From Eledone cirrhosa (taxonomy: Eukaryota): DNA of 64,000 nucleotides. The DNA lies in assembly GCA_964016885.1 (NCBI GenBank), contig OZ024744.1:35774001-35838000 (forward strand), written 5' to 3'. A model generated the notes under the pieces. That model was not told where the DNA came from. It saw nothing but the letters and a program-made list of their open reading frames with translations, and searched no databases. The first letter of the stretch is position 1. Every line of letters begins with the position of its first letter. Below are positions 27,050-39,873 of the stretch, in pieces. Both the position numbers and the translations under genes were made by a program.

Positions 27050-27205
27050 CATATATACATACAGGTACACATACATATATGCACGTATCAGTTTAGCGGA
27101 CGCTTATTATAACGCCGCTTTGTTCGTTTTTGTTTACAAACGAACAAAGCGGCGTTATAATAAGCGTCCGCTAAACTGATACGTGCATATATGTATGTGT
27201 ACCTG

Positions 27206-27253
<48 letters not shown>

Positions 27254-27311
27254 TGCTACTGTACGTCTGTATACATATATGTATGTACGTATACACACAT
27301 ACTTACATTTA
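26937..27311. repeat. Long fold-back (centre ~27131) with (AT)n inside both arms
   Basis: CACGTATCAGTTTAGCGGACGCTTATTATAACGCCGCTTTGTTCGTTT mirrored after a short loop; outer arms also mirror. Confidence 0.9.
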
Positions 27312-27365
27312 AGTAAGTGCCGTACTAAGAGTGAGAAATGAAATTTCGTTTTCATTTTATTTCAA

Positions 27366-27420
<55 letters not shown>

Positions 27421-28456
27421 CAGCGGTCTTTTTTTTCTCTCTCTGTTTTGTCGAGCACTTTAACTTGAGTGGATTTTGGGCTCCCATTTTTAGCGGCTTA
27501 CTCCACCCAAGCCACTGGTTAACTGCCTCATACACGCATTTCCTTCTCTCTCCCACGTGTTGCAAGGCAGTTAATTTAATTTCTCTTAGAGTCGTTTGGA
27601 ATGTATTCACTTACACACGCTAATGAACCGGGTGAGTTCAGTCCAAACACTTCTGGAGAAACAATCTCTCTGAGTTTGTACATGTGTGATATATAGTTAT
27701 AGAGGTGGGGAAATTTATTTTAATTTATGTTTTTAATTATAATGTTTCTACCTCACCTTTCATGTTTATAGGTTCCTTACGCTAGTGGTATTCCCTGTAA
27801 CTTGATAAACACTCTCTCTCTAGTGTGTTTTCCTCTCTCTCTCTCTGCATATATATATATATATATATATAACTAAAATTAGAATTTTATCTCTCGCCCT
27901 AGCACATCTTATACATAAATGTAATATGCACTCGTACACACACACACACACACATATATATATATGTCAACATGAACATATTTTTATCTAAAGACATTTA
28001 TTCCAATTCCACCCCAATCTATAAGAAATTCTAATTTTATATTTTATATATATAAATAAATAAATAAATAAATAAATAATCAAATAATTAAATAGATGAA
28101 TATATATATGCACCTGACTATTTTCCTATATGTATAAAAGTGTGCATATGTGTGGATCTGAGCATGCATATGTATGTATTTGTACGATTTCTACGTGTAA
28201 GAGAGTGTGTATGCGCAGGCATTTTACACACGTGTGTGTGTCTGTGTATGATTGTGTATAGGTGAATATATTTCTTTATTTCTTTATTTATATTTATATC
28301 CGTTAGTTTAGTTTTTGTTCATAGCGGTTATTTTCTTATAATGCTCGGGATAGGTGTGTCCGTTGAATTCTAGGCCAGTGTTTGGTCATTCTATATGGTT
28401 GTTTGTGTCTTTGCTGTTTCCTCCATAGATATGATGTGATTTGTGTTGTGTTAACA

Positions 28457-28545
28457 CTGGTCTGAGGATCAGTCAGTCTTGGAGTCTGGTCTGGAGGTGC
28501 CACCCGAGGTCATTAGCCAGCTGCTTGGGAAACATTCCTAACCAG
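28457..28545 (+). ncRNA. Hammerhead-like motif with extended stem II and degenerate stem III
   Basis: CTGGT-CTGAGGA-tcagtcagt...gctgcttgg-GAAA-cattcc-TA-ACCAG, then AATAAA and (TA)n. Confidence 0.65.
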
Positions 28546-28592
28546 GATTGAGCAATAAATCTCATATTAACATCTCCACTTTGTTTTTATTA

Positions 28593-28796
<204 letters not shown>

Positions 28797-28842
28797 AATG
28801 AAAGGTATAGAAAACATTGTAGCAAAAAGCCAACAGTATTCC

Positions 28843-28924
<82 letters not shown>

Positions 28925-29159
28925 TATATAATACGGAGAAGTTTAACTCTGAGACATAAAAAGCTGAGGGCTGTCGTTGTATTTTCCGTGGCAAACATTT
29001 GCACCAAAGATATGTGTCGTCAGTTCTATAAAGTCTGGTTGGTCCTACACAAACCTTCACCACTTAAAACACAACTCTGTGTAGGTATTTCAACATCAGT
29101 TCACTTTCTCACATTTAACTTTTGTTGGTACCTCATACGTCGGTTATCGACGGGAGAGT

Positions 29160-29206
<47 letters not shown>

Positions 29207-29452
29207 TTGTGTGTTTGTAACACTTTTTATTTAGTACTTCAACAGTTTTACAGTCGACAAGGAGAGGATGCTTGTCAGTTCTATTTCTTTTCATTCTAAT
29301 TACATAAATAAAGCAACCAAGAAAAGAATTAAAATTATGTAATATTGTTAAATTTCTATAAATAAATCTGAATCTCTGCCTATTGGAAGCAATACATGTG
29401 AACGAAGTGTGCGAAAAATACATTTTACATACATGCACACATACGCATGTAT

Positions 29453-29514
<62 letters not shown>

Positions 29515-29533
29515 TCACACTCACATATGCGCG

Positions 29534-29564
<31 letters not shown>

Positions 29565-29706
29565 GTATATATAAATATATGTGCCTATATATATATATAG
29601 AGAGAGAAAAAGTAAGACAAATAAAAAGAGAGGGAGAGGGAGAGAGTGGAGAGAGCGAGAGAAAGAGAGAGGGAGAGAAAGAAAGAGAGGAGAGAGGGGG
29701 TGAGAA

Positions 29707-29740
<34 letters not shown>

Positions 29741-30039
29741 TGTACTGCAGCCGAATTTGATATCAAGTTATCAAGTAGATAATAATGACTATCTATCTTT
29801 ACAAATGTCGTCAATTGCTAACACAATTAGTTTCCAAAGAATGTTGATTAATTATCGTTCAAATTTTACCTTAAACAATGTTTTATCGGTATTTACTTCG
29901 ATAATTTCCGATAAAATCAAATTACTGCCAACCGTTAATGATTGCCGAAAGCTTTGGTCTACTTTAAATCAATGGCCATGACTAGAATTGAATTCAATAA
30001 AAAAACCCATCTTACAAGACTAGTTATATATTTACTGTG

Positions 30040-30069
30040 TGGTGGTGGTGGTGGTGGTGGTGGTGGTGG

Positions 30070-30142
<73 letters not shown>

Positions 30143-30164
30143 GCTGTTGTTGCTGTTGTTGCTG

Positions 30165-30195
<31 letters not shown>

Positions 30196-30210
30196 TGTTG
30201 CTGTTGCTGT
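30040..30210. repeat. Compound (GGT)n(GTT)n(GCT)n microsatellite
   Basis: Direct reading. Confidence 0.95.
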
Positions 30211-30300
30211 TAAAGTCTTTATACATTCCAATAATTTCCTCGTTATGTTTGAAAGCAGCTCAAGATGAAATACGGCGGCTTGCTTAGAAAAATAGTGTGT

Positions 30301-31208
30301 ACTAGCAGTGTATCCCGGGGTTGCACGGGTATGAACATTGGTAATAGCACTTCCAATGAAAACGTTTATTTGTGAGTGCCTGTTAAAAACTCACGAAAAT
30401 ATACCGACAGGAAACTTGTTTTATTTGGAGAAAAATAAGAAGTTGAAAGTATAGTTTAGCTGTCTACGTCCATTGTTCATAGAAATATTGTTGAACCCCT
30501 TCTTTTCATAGTCCTCTGTGATAGTTGTCCCCCAGAGTTTCCTCTCTGTTTTGGCCTATTGGAGTAAATGTGAAAGAGAAAGTCACAGGTTAAGTTGGCA
30601 GAAGGTTCCAGTGCAATAGCAGTAAGGCGTAGGCTACTTACCTCAAAAGTTCATTCGCCCTCTTTCAACTAAGTTACTCTTTCACTCTATCTCTCTCGGT
30701 GCTGTCCCTTGCGAATTTCTCACGTAGGCTTGGTGTAGATTTGCACCCGATCCATCTATCCGATGCACATGTCCGCTTTTGGAGGAAGGAGTGACCAGCA
30801 GTACGTTGTTCGGTATTATTACGAAAAAGGGCGGTGGATTGTCAGTATCGGTGGAGTGTCGGACGCCATGCTTTGACGCATAGAGTTACGGCCCTTGCCA
30901 TTCTGAGTTCAAATCCCGCCGAGGTTAACTTTGCCTTTCATCCTTACGGGGTCGATAAAATAAAGTACCAGTAATGTACTGGGTTATTGCTGGCATTGTG
31001 CCAATAGTAGAAAGAATTATTACGAAAAGGTGCAGCAGAGAATCCCGCGTGAACTAACAACTTGGGAGGAAACTGCTTACCTCGAAGATTCATTCGCTAT
31101 CGTTATTGTCAACGCTCCGTTTCCTTGGTATTTGTTGGTCTACAGTTAGATGAATGGCACACAAAGGGTTAATGTTTATTGGCCAGAAGTTTTTTGAATA
31201 ATAAAAGA
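30301..31208 (-). mobile_element. Putative non-autonomous Helitron-like element
   Basis: Minus-strand 3' end CCCG tgcaaccc CGGG atacactg CTAGT; the possible TC 5' end near 31208 is tentative. Confidence 0.45.
30828..31015 (+). mobile_element. Full-length tRNA-derived SINE with 13-bp TSD
   Basis: ATTATTACGAAAA at 30815-30827 and 31016-31028; B box GAGTTCAAATCC. Confidence 0.92.
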
Positions 31209-31270
31209 CGGGTTAAAGCGACCTACAATGTATCTATCTATCTATATATATATGTATATCTATCGACCTT

Positions 31271-31373
<103 letters not shown>

Positions 31374-31389
31374 TGTATATATATATATA

Positions 31390-31590
31390 TATATATATGT
31401 CTGTGTATATATATATAACATATATATGTATCTATGACTTTGTCTAATTTATATATATATATGTCTGTGTATATATATATATATATAACATATATATGTA
31501 TCTATGACTTTGTCTAATTTATATATATATATGTCTGTGTATATATATATATATAACATATATATGTATCTATGACTTTGTCTAATTTAT
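31390..31590. repeat. Minisatellite, 3 units of ~65-70 bp
   Basis: gtctgtg(ta)n acatatatatgtatctatgactttgtctaattt occurs three times. Confidence 0.9.
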
Positions 31591-32198
31591 ATATATATAT
31601 ATATATATATATCCTTTAAATTTAATATATACTACCGCAAGGTTGAGTAAAACTTTAGGCAGTATTCGGCTGTGTTTTCTAGCAACCAGCCTATTAGCCG
31701 ACAAGCACAAATCACAAACTTTCTGCCTTGACCACTGGCCACGTGATGGTTCTTAGCCATTTTGAATTCATTTCTGGCGGGGATCATGGTAGAAAAATCT
31801 TAGTCCAGTGAGTTCCAAACCTCGTTGATTTATCCAAGACCGGATATATCCTAAAAGTGGAACGAAACCGCCGGGTGGTAGAGATTATGAAGATTCTGGT
31901 AAAGTTTATGCACATTTTTTTCTTCTAACTTCTATTTTGTACCTAATTACGTGTAGTTAACTATATGTCTAGTCAATTTCTACAGGCTAGTAGAAATATT
32001 AGGTAAATATCTTTTGCTGTACGTCGCAGAAAAGAAGCTATATCATTTGTCTATTATTTCTTCATAAGTACATTTTAAACTTATAGCCTCGTTTAAATGA
32101 TTTTTTGTGTGGTTGATTTATACTGATTGGGAGAGTAAATACGTAAATACTGTATATATTTTATCTAATGATTATTTGGACTTACATTATATATATAC

Positions 32199-32268
<70 letters not shown>

Positions 32269-32280
32269 GGGTGTGTATGT

Positions 32281-32667
32281 TAATACGAAGAATTCCAACT
32301 TTGTCTGATTTACTCGTTTTATTTACAATCCTTTAAAATTTATAATGGTATTATAATGAAATAGTATGATAGAATATTAAATTCTAAGTGTTAATTGAAC
32401 AAGTACTTTCATGCTTTCGCAATCTTCAGGTTCATAATATGTGGTGACAGTCAAGTTTGCAATTTTCAACTGTTGAAACAGTTGAAAATTGCAAACTTGA
32501 CTGTCACCACATATTATGAACCTGAAGATTGCGAAAGCATGAAAGTACTTGTTCAATTAACACTTACAATTTAATATTCTATCATACTATTTCATTATAA
32601 TACCATTATAAATTTTAAAGGATTGTAAATAAAACGAGTAAATCAGACAAAGTTGGAATTCCTCTTA

Positions 32668-32670
<3 letters not shown>
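32281..32670. mobile_element. Near-perfect ~390 bp palindrome (2-nt loop) with two divergent hammerheads (32396-32434 minus; 32517-32555 plus)
   Basis: TGAAC-CTGAAGA-t-TGC gaaa GCA-t-GAAA-GTAC-TT-GTTCA in each arm; TA runs lie beside both ends. Confidence 0.92.
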
Positions 32671-32704
<34 letters not shown>

Positions 32705-32768
32705 GTAGAACACTGGAAGGTAATATCCGTAGTGGTAGAGCACTCAGTTCATGGGTCGAGTTAGGTAG

Positions 32769-32942
32769 AAGTGGTTACATAACAGTTAGTTCACCATACC
32801 GAGAACAATTGTTTCACCTTAGCGGATCCATGGTTATACGGAACAGGCCTGTTCCGTATAACCATGCCCATTACGAGCTGATGATCCCCTCAGGTGAAAC
32901 AATTGTTCTCGGTATGGTGAACTAACTGTTGTGTAACCACTT
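32769..32942. mobile_element. Nested fold-back element with hammerhead at 32874-32911 (+)
   Basis: Outer arms ~32769-32828/32884-32942; inner perfect 38-bp palindrome 32829-32866; CGAG-CTGATGA-tc-CC ctca GG-t-GAAA-CAATTG-TT-CTCG. Confidence 0.85.
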
Positions 32943-33701
32943 ATATATATATATCTATATATATATGTATATTATTCTATATTATATATACATATTATAT
33001 ATAATAAACCATATATTTTGATTATGTGAATAACTTCATTTGTTAATATATATATATGTGTGTGTGTATATATATATACATATATTTTTATGTGTATATT
33101 TATATATATGTATATGTGTGTATATATATATATATATGTATATGTGTTTGTATATATATATTACCCACTCTGCTACCCACTCTCCTATTACCCACTCTAC
33201 TACCCTAAGTATTGAGTACTCTGGTCCATCTGGTTCCTTACAACAACTCCTTCGTTATATATGTGTGTGTATATATGTGTGCGTATATGTATATATGTGT
33301 ATATATATACATATATGTATATATAATTATGTGTGTGTGTTTGTGAATGTAGCGAAGATAATACGTCAGCAATGACGTGTTCGTCCGAATGTCATTATGC
33401 AGACATATAGACAGATATTATAAGTGCTCGACGGAGATGGATAACACTAGAAAATAAAAGCTGCAGTTAGTATCTTTAGGCCGCAAGGAATATATAAATG
33501 CAAGTTTGAAGTCAATCGGAATAGAAATGTGGATTTGTATAGACATTGCAAAAATGAGGACACACACACACACAGACAAAAGCAGTTTCATATATATAGA
33601 TAACGGATTTATGTATGTATGTATGTATGTATGTATGTATGTATGTATGTATGTATGTATGTATGTATGTATGTATGTATGTATGTATGTATGTATGTAT
33701 A

Positions 33702-34196
33702 CATGGATATAAAGTAGTGGCCGTACTCGAAAACGAGTTGGCAGCCACCATATATATGTGTATGTATGTATGTATGTATGTATGTATGTATATATATACC
33801 GGGAGAGATGACCCCTTAGCCTTTGTCAAGGCAGAATTCTATGAGAAGGAAAACTCTGATATAACACCTGCAACCCTGATGGTATCCAATGATGTCTTGT
33901 TCTACTTTTTGGTAAATATCATCTTGGTTAAGAGAGTGGGACTGGCTTTGTGCAGTGCCTTTGCTCACTATAAAAGCTTCACGGCACAGGCATTGCTTTA
34001 TATCTGGAGATCTCTCTGCACTTGTCGTCACATGGTACCATGGGCCCAGCACTATGTGTAAGTAACTGTCACAAGTGTAGTGTTTTCAAGTCGCCGGCTG
34101 GACTAAAAAGTCACACTCGTTCAGTGCATCGGTAGGGGTTCTCCTACATGGATATAAAGTAGTGGCCGTACTCAAAAACGAGTTGGCAGCCACCAT
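33702..34196 (-). mobile_element. Two 5'-end fragments of an R4/Dong-like family between (CATA)n runs
   Basis: 33702-33751 and 33800-34196 both start ATGGTGGCTGCCAACTCG and resemble 37480-37862. Confidence 0.55.
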
Positions 34197-34269
34197 GTAT
34201 GTATGTATGTATGTATGTATGTATGTATGTATGTATGTATGTATGTATGTATGTATGTATGTATGTATG

Positions 34270-34564
34270 TTTTCTCTTTCTCTTAATTTTGAGTATATTT
34301 TTTTGACCGGCCACCCTCCTGGTGGCAAGGTTGTAAAAGAAAAGAAATTGTCATCCCTTGAATCGCAAGAATGTTTTGCAAATTTTGAAGGTGCCAGCTA
34401 TCGCAGCCATTTGTAGACTATGAATTAGGGAGCTGCGCTTTTTGTCCGCAAATCCAAGTTCAGTCATACTTTGGTCCAAGCGGGTTGGTATATAACCCGT
34501 AGCACCAATAATGATGGGTATGAAGCTAAAGGTGTATCTTGGATACTGGATTTGTAAACTCCTC

Positions 34565-34566
<2 letters not shown>
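34270..34566 (-). mobile_element. 3' fragment of an R4/Dong-like LINE, (CATA)n on both sides
   Basis: ORF 34351-34566 is homologous to 34845-35150; shared 3' UTR. Confidence 0.85.
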
Positions 34567-34595
<29 letters not shown>

Positions 34596-34761
34596 TGTAT
34601 GTATGTATGTATGTATGTATGTATGTATGTATGTATGTATGTATGTATACTTGTATGTATGGGCGTATAACATACGTTTGTATATATGTATGCTCTGGTA
34701 TTCATGTATGCATGTATCTATGTATGTTTGTATATATGTGTGTCTGTCTGTATGTATGTAT

Positions 34762-37700
34762 ATTCTCTCTTTATCTTAATTTCGAGTACATTTTTGACCG
34801 GCCAACATCCTGGTGGCAAGATTGTAAAAGAAAAGAAATTGTCATCATTTGAACCGCAAGTATGTTTTGCAAATTTTGAAGGTGTCAGTTATCGCAGCCA
34901 TTTGTAATCTATGAATTAGGGAGCTCCACTCTTTGTCCATAAATTCAAGTTCAGCTATACTTTGGTCCAAGCAGGCTGGTATATAACCTGTAGCTCCAAA
35001 AATGATGGGTATGAAGCTGAAGTTGTATCTTGGATACTGGATCTCCAAACTCCTCATCAATGGTCCGTAGATGTCCTCCTTCTCTTGTATTTTTCTTACA
35101 ACTTTGACATCAAGTGCGCAGCTGATCTTTACAATAGAGCACGTTTTCAATGTGTGGTCCCAAACAACAATATCAGGCTTTAAACAGATAGACTTGCTCG
35201 AGAAACGGGCTCCTACGCTTCGAGGTTTGTAGATGTTGTCGGAGAGATATGATGCGACATTGAAATGTTGTCTGGACTGATGTTAGGCCTCTGCCTCCCT
35301 GCTTACGTTTCAAGTAAAGGCGGTCTATGTCACAGTTGATGTGGAAGTTTCCGGTGATGTTCAGTATTTTTCGAGTTCCAACATCAACTACTCAGATTTC
35401 GTCTATCGTCCAATTGAGTATTCCAAACGTTCGTGTTAGGACAAGCACAGCAAACACATTGTGAGCCACTGTTTTGTTTTGCGCAGAGAGTTCCGATGAC
35501 CAGATCTTTCTTAATCAATCGGGCGTAGTATTCCCTGGTTACGCGTTCTTTATTACAGATACCATTATAGGATATGTTCTCATCTATCCCCAGGTATCTG
35601 TAACAGTCCTCATCAGATATCGGTGAAACAGTTAGACCATTGATGACAATGTTGCTAGATTGGGTTGTTGTTTTTCCCCGCTTTACAGTCATGTATGCGC
35701 ATTTATCTTGGCCAAACTCCATTCCTATATCATTTGAGAACGTTGTAACAAGGTCAACATTTTTCTTCATCCCATCCATGTTCTTGGCATAGACTTTCAG
35801 ATCCTCCACAAAGAAATTATGGGTTAGGTTCGTATTTCTGTCCTCCTGTGAGCCAATGATGTATCCCTCACATTTCTTGAGCAGAAAGGACAAGGGGTTT
35901 AATGACAAGGTGAACAATATCACAGAGAGACTCTCCCCCTGAAATATACCCTTGCAATATTTTATTTTATCAGTGAAAATAGAGTCCTCCCTCTCTGTCT
36001 TTAACCTTAGGATAGTAGCCCAATAAGAAGACATCCTCTCTATGCCTCTGACAATAATGTCTGGGACTTTAGCAAGTTGGAGGGCCTCTATCATCCAAAA
36101 GTGGGGAACAGAATCGAAATCTTTCTTGTAGTCCAGCCACACTGTAGTCATATTCCTCCTAAGTTGTCGCACCTCCGACATCGCAGTTTTGTTGATTAGG
36201 AGTTGTTCAGCACATCCCCAAACCCCTTTCTTTCCAGCTGCTTGTTCATCTGTGATGATGTTATTATTTTCACAGTGATCTTGGAGGAATAGGTTCAGGC
36301 AGGCTGTATACATCCTATACATCAGGTTCTAGCATGCAATGGGTCGGTAGTTTTTTGCCAAGTGGGTGTCTTTGTTCTTGGGGACCAGTAACGTTTGAAC
36401 TAATGTCAACCATTCTGGTATAAGTGTACCACTCTTAAGAACTTGTTGGTAGAGGTCAGTAAGATACCTCCGATAGAATATTAGTTTTTTGTACCAGTAG
36501 CCGACAATCATGTCTCTTCCTGGTGTTTTCTTATCTTGGAGTTTTCCTATCACAGTCTCAAGTGTACCCTCACTTATTTCGTATGTTTTTGTTGTAGTCT
36601 AGGAGCAATAGTTCTTTCGGATTTCTATTAGCCACACTGCATCTTGGTTGAAATTTTTCTTTTCACCCCATATTTTTCTCCAAAAGGAATCTGTGTCTTT
36701 CAGTGACACTTATTATTTTGCCCTTCATATCTCTATAGACTGATGTTTGGTTTCGTCTGAATCTTTTATTAAGCACTTTTCTATCATCTACCTTCTTCAG
36801 GTATCGGCGTTTTTCGCTAACATCTCTCAATTCTTGTTCGAGGGTGATCAGCTTATATTGGAGAGTTCTGGTTCTACTGTTACCAAACATCGTATCTATT
36901 TTATTTTTCACTCTTTGTTGGTGAGGTGTGAGGTTTTTTGTGTTTGTTTGCATGTAAGGAGCATTGTCACATGTCCTATGTTTTTTCGTAGGTCAGCAAT
37001 CTTTTTTCCTATTTTAGTTATATATGATGGTATTTGTGGTGGTGTTTTGTTATTGTTAATATCTCTGCTATCACCAAGATAATGCTTCACTGTCATTGCT
37101 AAGGCATATAAACAGGCGTTGATTTGCCAAAATCTTGGGGTTTTATCCGTCGTAAATATTCATCCCCTATTTCGTCAATAACACGTAGTATTTCATTATT
37201 TGTTTTCTTTTATTCACCATTTTCGTTTTAACACGTTCAGCAAGAGAGATATTTATATATGGGTTAAATTCTCTCTGGAAGATTTCGTTGAGGGAATATG
37301 TATGTATGTAAGTACGTATAGATGTTTGTATGCACTGGTATTCATGTATGTATGTATGTATGCATGTACGTATGTACGTATGTATGCACTGGTACTCACA
37401 TACGTATGTATGCACTGGTATTCATGTATATGTGTATGCACTGGTATTCATGTATGTCTATATGCATGTGTGTATTTATGTCAGGTCGCTCTTCAGTGTT
37501 ACTGGTAACATGTAACCTAGTATAACCTGTGCATGAACGGATTGTTGGAGACGAAACCGGCAACCCACCAAACTTGCTTGATAAGGAGGGTCACTCTGAT
37601 ATAAAACCTACGAATTCGCTTGCAACCAATGATGTAGATCAGTTCTTTTGGGGTAAATGCATTCGATATTCAGAGAGTGGGATTTGCACTTTCCTCACTT

Positions 37701-37862
37701 AAAAAAGAGCTTCAAGCACAGCATCGCTTGATATGTGACACATTTTTGCGATGCATGACATTGCAGTCATGACAAGTCCCTAGCAGGACTTGGAAGCCGC
37801 GTCCGTGATGCTTATCCTTAAGCATAAAGGGTGGCATTACTCCAAATCGAGTTGCAGCCATC
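34762..37862 (-). mobile_element. Degenerate R4/Dong-like RLE non-LTR retrotransposon with (CATA)n tail
   Basis: KTPGRD, NYRPIAC, WLDYKKDFDSVPH, GIFQGESLS, FFVEDLKVY, KPDIVVWD...KISCALD; stops and frameshifts; CATA-like insert at 37290-37480. Confidence 0.88.
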
Positions 37863-38413
37863 ATGTACGTATATACATATGAATGAATATTCGTATGTAT
37901 GTAGGTGTGTGTATGTACATATATGTGTATGTATAAAGATACTTATGTATATATTTATCTCTATATATGCTTATTGGTTTTGGTGAACTTCAGTCAGCCA
38001 CAACAATGACTGTTCCAGTTTAAACAACGGAACAGCCTGGTTGTAAAATTGTATAATATATATATATATATATATAGTGTAGGCAGTGTGGTGAAATAGT
38101 GGTGTTGGTACCAAATCAAGCACTCTATGCACAGGAAGATTGTATATAATAGAAATATATATTTTGTCGCATCACCCTGCCCGAGGAACAGATCGATGCT
38201 GGAGTCGGGTCCATAAATCTTATGGGTCACCTTGAGCCAATCCTCTGCGAAACGTGCAACAGCACGATGCACAAAAAATATTTTTCATATGTAAACGAAA
38301 CTTCCTCTTATTACGTCACGGTTAACATTGCATATATATATATATATATATATATATACGTGAAGAAGTATACAAAGAAGAACAAACCGTTAAAACATGT
38401 TTATTTAAAACAG

Positions 38414-38452
38414 CACCTATGTACGTTTCGCCAGGAAGGGCTTCTCAAGGGC
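38414..38452 (-). ncRNA. U3-A8 variant hammerhead in a solo copy related to 12018-12367
   Basis: CC-TTGAGAA-GCCc ttcc tGGC-GAAA-cgtaca-TA-GG; flank ACCGTTAAAACATGTTTATTTAAAA is shared; abuts (TA)n. Confidence 0.7.
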
Positions 38453-39873
38453 ATACAAAATAAAGAGTGTTCTTTACGTGACCCAGAAGGGGTTTTAAAG
38501 ATAAATTCACATCACAGATCATGCTTCGCAAACCAGATGTATTGATTTTGCAGTAGATCAAGGGAGATAACTCTAGCCGGTGTTAGAGCAGTGTTCCCTA
38601 AGCTATTTGTTACCCGTTACTACTTTGTGGGTAGTGCTTTACCATTGTCGATTCACGCCGGGTCTGGGATAGATGGTTAGTTTCCCGCCGGGGTGTTAAG
38701 GTTTGGTGCAGGGTGACCCGGTTTACGGTTTTCACGCCTCATTCTTATTCCATCTGGAGTAAGTGATTTTTATACGGTGCCTGCAGTTTATCACTGTTTC
38801 TGCTCTGCTGTTGATATATATACGTCTCAATTTGGTGGTTTAATCCTGGGTAGAATTAGTCATTCTGCAATGTTAACCATAATGTAATATGAGAAAAGCA
38901 CTAAACGTTATACAACTCATCCATCTTTAATGTTGAATCATATTGGTGGTGAGGGAACGCATGGATAGCTACGAATACATAGCATGTTACGACACCAGCT
39001 AGCTATGGATACCCTTCTAGCTGCACTCGAGGCGACTGGGTCTGTTCACCTCCTTGAGTGCTTGGAAATAAACTAAATTTCCCCTTTCCACGGTAAACCG
39101 CAATTAATCAGAACGGTCGGTGGACATTTGGGCCCTCTGTGTGTTGAGGGGTCACCTTTCTCACTTGTTGTTAAGCGCCATACCTTAATATTATCGTAAT
39201 TTAATATAATATAACATTGAACTATGAGGGAAATCCGAAGCAGATAGCAATAGAGCTTAGCTTAACTAACATTGTGTTATTTGTCTTATTAGGTCCCTGA
39301 TTTACACAACTCTATAATTGGAATCATTAACGTAACTGGTCTACTTATTTAAACACTGTTTTAATCTTCAATTCCTAAAATTAACCCAACTCCAACTTAT
39401 ATACATTCCTAACCGGAATTTTTCTCTAATTGATATGTTCCTGACTCCACGTATGTTGTATGTTTTCCGTGAGGGCATAGACCTTAGTTTGACCCAGGTG
39501 AATTACTATTCCTTGTAACACAGTATTAGTATTGATTCGCCAAGTAAACTATACAACCCTCTGCCCACTAGGAAATTAGCAGGAAAGATTTGTTAAAAAT
39601 ACCCTCACTCAGAGGCGGGCGAGCAATGTGGCAGCATGCTACTACGTCCATCTCTGGGTCAAAAGCACATCACACTTTTTCCTCTTTGTTTTTCCCTTCT
39701 TGTTTTCTTAAAGCTTACCATCATTCCGTTGGTACACATCTATTACGAAATTTACACCTTATGAGATCACCGGGTTCTTACGCAACCTGGCCACTGAAAT
39801 GTGCATAATGTTTACAGTAACAAAAAACTAAGGAAATTCAACATATTCGGTTTCCTGTAATTTCACTTTATAA

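Noticed and set aside
29942-30287. Homopolymer-rich ORFs
   Set aside because: Compound trinucleotide repeat with no flanking coding signal.
31390-31590. CRISPR-like repeat-spacer pattern
   Set aside because: The spacers are only variable TA runs; eukaryotic context; no cas genes.
32281-32670. All inverted repeats being assembly fold-back artefacts
   Set aside because: Arms carry substitutions, indels and in one case a SINE with TSD; this near-perfect one should still be checked against reads.
33800-34196. HDV-like ribozyme at R4 5' ends
   Set aside because: I could not assemble the nested double pseudoknot by eye; only a simple hairpin is evident.
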